A stretch of DNA of 64,000 nt from the human T2T-CHM13v2.0 reference genome, Homo sapiens: the NCBI RefSeq assembly GCF_009914755.1, contig NC_060932.1; one strand, given 5' to 3'. Both the position numbers and the translations under genes were made by a program. The notes under the pieces were generated by a model. It ran no database searches, was not told the origin of the DNA, and saw only the letters and a program-made list of their open reading frames with translations. Positions 56,927 through 64,000 of this stretch are shown here, piece by piece. The first letter of the stretch is position 1; each line of letters begins with the position of its first letter.

Positions 56927-58422
56927 CCCCAACAGCTACTTGTCTTCTCAGTTGGGTTACCCCACTGGGAGCAAGGTGAGAAAACCATTAAACTGTAGGA
57001 AAATGGTTCTAGCCAGGGATCAGCCTCCAAAAATTTATTTCTGATCCCTGCTCTCATCATCCTACAATGGTCTTCCCCTCCTCTCCACAGATCTTTGCAC
57101 ATCCCCACTTCAGTCCTGCTCAGAGTCACCTGTTCTGAGAAGCCTTCTTCATTCCACACCTTCTGGGAAATCCCACGTGACCCTTTCTTGGTTCAAGCCC
57201 TGGCCTGCCCTCTTCTTTCATCTCTTTTTCTGGCACCAAGACTCAGGATTCAACCTGTTTCTCTACTGCTTTGTAGCCGCCACACTCTAGTGGTCCTTTG
57301 GGGTTTTCTCCTCTAAAGATGGAGGGGTGTTCAAGGTAGAGAGTTTCCCAGAAAATGGGAAGAGGAAAGGGGTTGAGGGGAGTTTGGAGGTTTCATGATG
57401 GGTGGGGCTCCGTGTCCAAGTCCTGCAGAGGGGTGCAGCTGTCTGTAGAGACTGGCCTGAGAACCTGGGCTTCCAAACTTGGCAAAAGTCCCTGAAGCCA
57501 GGCTTGAGGTGATCTTGAATTGTGAGCACATCAAAAGAAGCACCTGGAGGAGAGATCAGTGAGGATTTCTTGGATGCTAGGGACATAAGCCTCCCAGGAC
57601 CCTCATGTGACCTAAAAGGAGGGGTATAGGAAGAGGATCCCATTGGGGACTGCAATTGAATTCCCTGCTGCTCAGTGGGATAGTTGCTTAAAGCAGATTA
57701 AAATTTGATTTAGCAACGTGACATTCCTTATTCCTCATCCTTACAATGTCTGCAATTTACTTTTAGATACTTTAGTATCACAGTGTGATTTCTTATATGT
57801 GCCAATTAGTTTAAACCACACCCTAGGTGCAGTCAGTTACCATAAATCAGGAATTCACCTCCCAGGAGTGGCCAGCAAGTAATCTAATTCAGAAAGCTCA
57901 TCTTATGGAAATGGCTATGACAATCTCTGTTGTTACCTTTTTCCTTTATCAATAACAGGGAATATGCTAATTAGTGCAATGAGTTTAGAAATGAGTTTTC
58001 ATTGGTATTATATGTGGCTTACTAATTAGCATGATAGATGTTAGAAAAAGACTCTTATTGGCAAAATTAGTCTACTCTACTCACAGTATGTGGATTATCT
58101 AAATATTTTAGAGAAAACTCTCCAAACTTGTAAGGACCAAGTCTGGGAATCTAGCAAGCCCTGGAGCCTGTGTTTTTGAACTGGTGCCTCATGCTTGATC
58201 TTTAAAGGGTCCTCCCACAGCTAGGTTGATGTTTCTGGTTGCCTGATACTAATAGAAGGGAAACCTAATTCTGACTTGTAGATTATTTTGGCATGCAAAA
58301 TGGTTCACATAATGGACAGAGAGCAAGGTTCTTCATTGAACTTATAGAACCAGTTGGATGAAAAGTTTTTGCCTTCTTACTAATAGATGCTTGTTTAATA
58401 CATGACTGTATGTGTAGCACTT

Positions 58423-58900
58423 TATTAATGTGGGCTTTCCAGGGAAACACAACCAATAGTATGTGTGTCTGTGTATGTATGCATGTAAGTATGTATGTAT
58501 GTATGTATCTATCTATCTATTCATCCATCTATCTATCTTTGTTTGTACTGCTATAACAAAATATCTGAGACTGGGTAATGTATAAAGAAAGAAATCGATT
58601 TCTTACAGTTCTGGAGGCTGGGAAGTCATAAATCAAGGCATTGGCATCTGGTGTCTGGTGAGGACCTTCTTGCTGTATCCTCACATGGTGGAACACAGAA
58701 GGGCAAAATCGGGTGAACTGTCTTCATTATACCCTCTTATAAGGGCACATAATCTTATTCAACTGAGGTGACTCAATCACTTCCTAAAGGTCATACTTCC
58801 CAATACTGGTAGATTAGGTTAAATTTCAACATGAATTTTGGAAGGGACAAAAACATTTAAATTATAACTGTCTTGCTTTCTCTGTCTGTCTATCTATCTG

Positions 58901-58952
<52 letters not shown>

Positions 58953-59354
58953 ATCTATCTATCTATCTGTCTACCTACCTTTCTGTTGATCTATGGATTT
59001 ATTTTAAGGAATTTGTTAGTAGAGTTGAGGAAGCCATCAAGTCTGAAATCCTTGGGGCAGCCTGGCAAACTGGAGTCCCAGGGAAGAGTTGATTCTGCAG
59101 CTCTAGTTTAAAGACAGTCTCTAGACAGAATTCCTTCTTCCTAGGGGGACCTTAGTCTGTTTTCTCTTAAGGCCTTCAACTGTTTGGATGTAGCCCACTC
59201 ACATTAAGAAGAAAAATGTGCTCTTCCCAAAGTCTACTGATTTAAATGTTAATCTCATCTAAAAATATCTTCGCACCAACATCCAGACTGGTGTTTGACC
59301 CAATATATGGATCCCGTGGCTTAACCAAGCTGACACATAACATGAGTCATCACA
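58423..59354 (-). mobile_element. MLT2 LTR interrupted by an MST/MLT1A-type LTR (about 58535-58868)
   Basis: ttccagggaaacacaaccaatag; ttttaaggaatttg; gtctactgatttaaatgttaatctcatc; inner ctgctataacaaaatatctgagactggg. Confidence 0.82.
58881..58980 (+). repeat. Compound (TCTG)/(TCTA)n tetranucleotide STR
   Basis: About 13 uninterrupted TCTA units at 58901-58952. Confidence 0.95.
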
Positions 59355-59949
59355 AGAACTATCTAATCTGAGCCCTGCTTTCATATATCCTGGTGGTGAA
59401 TGTGTAGGGGAGTAGCTTAATCTGCCTTGATCTTTAACCTTTGGTAATTTCTGAGCTATTATTATTTACTGAAAAAAGCCTAATAGTTGTGCATTTCTAA
59501 ATTGGCTTCCAGTATCCAGGTGTAAGCTATCAGTTTACAGCATCCAGGTGGTGGAATAAGATACATGCCCAAATGCAGTCAGGATCTCATTGAATCTTCA
59601 CCATGACTCTGTGTAGTTATAATTTTGATTTTCAGTTGAAAAACCCAAGGTTCTGGTAAATTGTGACTTGCCCAAGACTACGCAACTTTTAATTAGCCAA
59701 GCAGACACTTTTCCCCATGATACTAGGATGCTTCCTCAGCTAGGTTTCACAATCCTTATCCTACTTTATGAGAAGATTAAAGTCTGGGGCTCTGGGCTTT
59801 GTCAGAAAAGGAAGTAAGCCACTGCCTGGTGGTGCTGTGCTTCCTCACTCTGAGAATTGTCCAGTGTACCTCTGATGGGCTTTTCTAATGTATCGTGGAC
59901 TCTACTAAGGCTGGCTGTGGCCTACCTTAGACCACTAATGGTATCTACT

Positions 59950-60095
59950 TTGGTTAGCTTTTAAAAAACACTGGTATTTCGGCCCTACTTTAAACCCATT
60001 AAATCAGAATCTTTGGGAGTTGAGCTCAGGCATTGAGATATTTTAAAACACACCTAAATGATTCTAAGGTGCAGATGGAGTTGAGACCCGCTATT
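59950..60095. mobile_element. MER5A-like
   Basis: aaatcagaatctttgggagttgagctcaggcatt...gattctaaggtgcag...ttgagaccc. Confidence 0.6.
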
Positions 60096-60097
60096 GT

Positions 60098-60418
60098 ATT
60101 TCTGCAAACTTTCTGTAAAAGGTAAACGGTAAATACTTTGGCCTTACAGGCTGTACACTGTGTTGCAACTACTCAACTCTGTCCTTTTGTAGAAGAGCAT
60201 CCATGCAAGCCAATGAGCATGCTGTGTTCCAGTAGAACCTTATTGGAACCTTACTTGGATATTTGAATTTTATATAATTTTCACGTGTCACAAATTAGTA
60301 TTCTTATTTTGATTTTTTCCTCGCTGATTTAAAAATGGGAAAATCATTCTTAGCTTGTGGGTCATACCAAAACAAGAGTGGGCTGATTTGGCACATGCCA
60401 TATTTTGCTCACCCCTGG
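60098..60418. mobile_element. MER58B-like
   Basis: gcaaactttctgtaaaagg...gttgcaactactcaactctg...tttgctcacccctg. Confidence 0.75.
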
Positions 60419-60642
60419 TCTATACTGTTGCCATCTCCATCAAAATTTCCCTATTTTGTCTCTCATTCTCCAAGCATCCTACTTATTTCCAGGTGTCAAT
60501 TAAAATATTTAATAAAACAATCTGTTCTGGTAACTCAAGACTCATATCAGCTTCCTCTGAAAATGTGCATTTTAACTGGTGAGAATTTCTTTCTCAAAAA
60601 ATGTTATAATGATCAATTTTTTTGGTGCGGGGGTTGGGGAAT

Positions 60643-61188
60643 TGAAGGAGTTCAAGGTGTCACTCTAAAATATGCCACTTTGGAATATTGATGACTTTGA
60701 CCTGAAGAAACTTGGGAAGCAACAAGCACAGGGAGAAGCTTTTTTCTGATCTCTCCTTAACTGCCTAAAGACAGACAGTTCAAAAAAACCTCAGTTGTCA
60801 TCAATCTGCTTCCCAGTAGTTTCATCAACCAGGGAAGATTAACTTGTATCACAAGAGAGGAGGCTAGAAGTCAACCTCCCCACCCAGACAGATCTTGTTA
60901 CAACTTTCCTATCTCCTATTTGTTCTCCTAAGGGCCCACTTACCTTTCCTTAAAATTGTTTATGCTCCCCTAAGTTCCTACATCTCCACTCCACTCTCTT
61001 CTATGAAGAGGGTATATAAGCTACCAAATCTCACTGATTTTGGGGGTTATTTGCTTTTTTTTCCTGTGATGCCTTCATACACACAATACATTTGTATATC
61101 TATTTTCCTGTTAACCTATTTCTTGTTTGTTTTATAGACCCAGGTTTTGAACCTCAGAGGTAGAAGGAAAGTCATTCCCTCCCCAACT
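60643..61188 (+). mobile_element. ERV1 solo LTR (MER34-like)
   Basis: tgaaggagttcaag...aaaatatgccactttgg; gggtatataagct TATA; end gaacctcagaggtagaaggaaag. Confidence 0.65.
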
Positions 61189-61229
61189 TTTTGTTGGGAC
61201 ATTCTTTTGTCTGGAAGAGGGTTTTGGCA

Positions 61230-61449
61230 CAGGTTGAGTATCTGATCTAAAATGCTTGGGACCAGAAGTGTTTTGGATTTTGGAATGTTTGCATTATATT
61301 CATTAGTTGAGCATCTCAAATCTGAAAATCCAAAAATCAGAAATGCTCCAGTGAGCACTTCCTTCAAGAGTCATGTTGGCACTCAAACAGTTTCAAATTT
61401 TGGAGCATTTTGGATTCTGGATTTTCATATTTGGGATATTCAACCTATA
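61230..61449 (+). mobile_element. Tigger4a/MER46A
   Basis: TIRs caggttgagtatc and gatattcaacct. Confidence 0.85.
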
Positions 61450-61829
61450 AGGTATCACAGAACCGTAGACATATAAAGGAGTAGAGCTAGAAGTCACCTG
61501 AGATTGTCTCTTTCTAAACAGAAATACACACTTATTAAACAATCTTGGAGCTACACATCTCTGCTAATAATAAAAATGTTTCAGCAAATGGCAGAGTGTT
61601 GTCTTTGGTGCTTTCTAAATCAAGACTTCTGCCTTGAAACAGCCTTTCCAGCTCCCTAAACCCTAGGAAATTCTATTTTCCCCTGTAAGCTAAGGGCAGG
61701 AGTCAATCCCTTAGGACACCTGACTCTTCTCTCCTCCCAAGATAATTAATTCTTCCCATGGGTTGCCCTGAACCCATCATTTTCCATTTCTGATTCCATT
61801 TTATTGGTAAAATGAATCAATGAATCTAT

Positions 61830-62645
<816 letters not shown>

Positions 62646-63405
62646 ATCAAAGAAATAAATTTTATTGGATTGATTTGAAAGATGAAGAGAACATATTCCT
62701 TGCCCTCTGGAGACTTAGAGACTAAAAGGGCAACTGAGGCTTGGAGAGATGAATTATTTTCTCAGGATCATATAATACAGCTGGCTGGAGTTTAATCTGA
62801 AGTTCTGGGGGCAGACCGCAATTGCTGCCACAGAGCCCCTCCTGGCAGGTGCAGCCCACAGGAAGACCAGCACCCTGGCCACAGAGACAAAAGGTCTTAT
62901 TGACTTGCAGTAAAAATGTCCTTATAACCTGTCCAGAACAAAAGGGGAGGATAAGGTTCAACCAGACACCGAATTCAGGGAGACAGCATCAGTCAGAGCT
63001 TTACCACTGCCAGCAATTTTGAAGCTGCCCATATTTCTGCTCAGGCAAGATGTTTTCTTGCTCTGAAACCTTTTAGCAGATGCAAGGTATTGCTCCGGGT
63101 GTATCCCAGAACACAAGTCTTTGCTAAAGTGGGTAGACAGCCACTTTCCTTCAGAGCCAGGGACTGCCCTGGGAGTAAAACCATTTGGAGAGCATTTTAT
63201 ATTTGCAAAATGTTGCTGTGACATGTTATCATTTATTCCTTTCAACAGCGCAGTGAGATTGGAGAGCATCCTCCGATGCACTGTACATTTGGGAGGAAGA
63301 GAAAGGATAAGAGCCCTGCTGATTCAGTGGTGGTCATTATCATTGTCAATGGAGCTGTCACTGTTATCGTCATTTTCGTTTGCGGTGAGGTATGTGAGAG
63401 GATAA

Positions 63406-63750
63406 GGCAGGGCTCCTGCCTGCAAGAAATTTACATTCTAGTTGGGTAGATTCATCCACGTATTCATTCACATTCACATATTTATTGCAGAGTGAATAAT
63501 GCCTCACTCTGCAAGCTTTTATTAAACTCTTGTTATATTTTAGGTAATGATTGAGAGAGATTCACGTGTAGACTCCAAAAATGTCAGGCATGGTTCCTGC
63601 CTGTAAGAAGTGTTCAATCCAATTGGGAAGATATGTTCATTCATTCATTCCTTCCTTTTCATGTTTATTCAATAATGCCTTCATTCTACAAGCTCTTACT
63701 GAGGTCCTGTTACATACCAGATAATTATTGGAGATCCAAATGTTTACGAC
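63406..63750 (+). repeat. Old diverged tandem duplication (period about 181 bp) of L2-derived sequence
   Basis: ggca(g/t)gg(c/t)tcctgcctg(c/t)aagaa at 63406 and 63587; aataatgcct..caagct..tgtta shared downstream. Confidence 0.7.
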
Positions 63751-64000
63751 TGGCCTTGGGGCAAGTGTTAAGAGAAGGCTTCACAGAGAAGAGAAACTTT
63801 GCTTTGTCTTAAAGAATAAACAGAATTGTATATGGAGGGCAGAATAAAAAAGGGGATGCTTAGTTCAGGCCAACGGAGCAGAGGTGCCAAGAGGAAGAGG
63901 CAGGAAAAGGTGTGGCCTGTCCAGGAAAGGCTGGGAGTCTGGTGTGGCTGGAACCCTGGAGGCAAGGACGAGAGTGGCTGGAGGTGAGATGGGTGGCACC

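Overview
This is human non-coding DNA (intronic or intergenic), mostly made of interspersed repeats. I found no protein-coding exon, rRNA, tRNA or CRISPR array. The ORF-track proteins come from Alu, L1 or MaLR sequence or are chance ORFs. The window holds about 25 Alu/FLAM copies, many MIR and L2 remnants, a 3.5-kb L1PB1-type LINE, a complete THE1B-type provirus, and many solo MaLR/ERV LTRs. It also holds fossil DNA transposons (Charlie2-like, Tigger2a, Tigger4, MER82, MER58, MER5, half a MADE1). Subfamily names come from recalled consensus motifs, not from a search. Human origin rests on a 5'-truncated L1 carrying the L1HS-Ta diagnostics. I did not find a new gene system. The best observations are: (1) the young, possibly polymorphic L1HS-Ta insertion; (2) a two-piece templated insertion with microhomology at all three junctions, copied from 1.5-1.8 kb away, plus other template-switch scars; (3) a probable local copy of a Tigger2a end; (4) a cluster near 40.1-40.6 kb with an exact mariner/SETMAR binding site, a strong CTCF motif and a consensus splice donor; (5) a divergent CTCF motif pair; (6) a nearly abutting inverted Alu pair; (7) several candidate enhancers.
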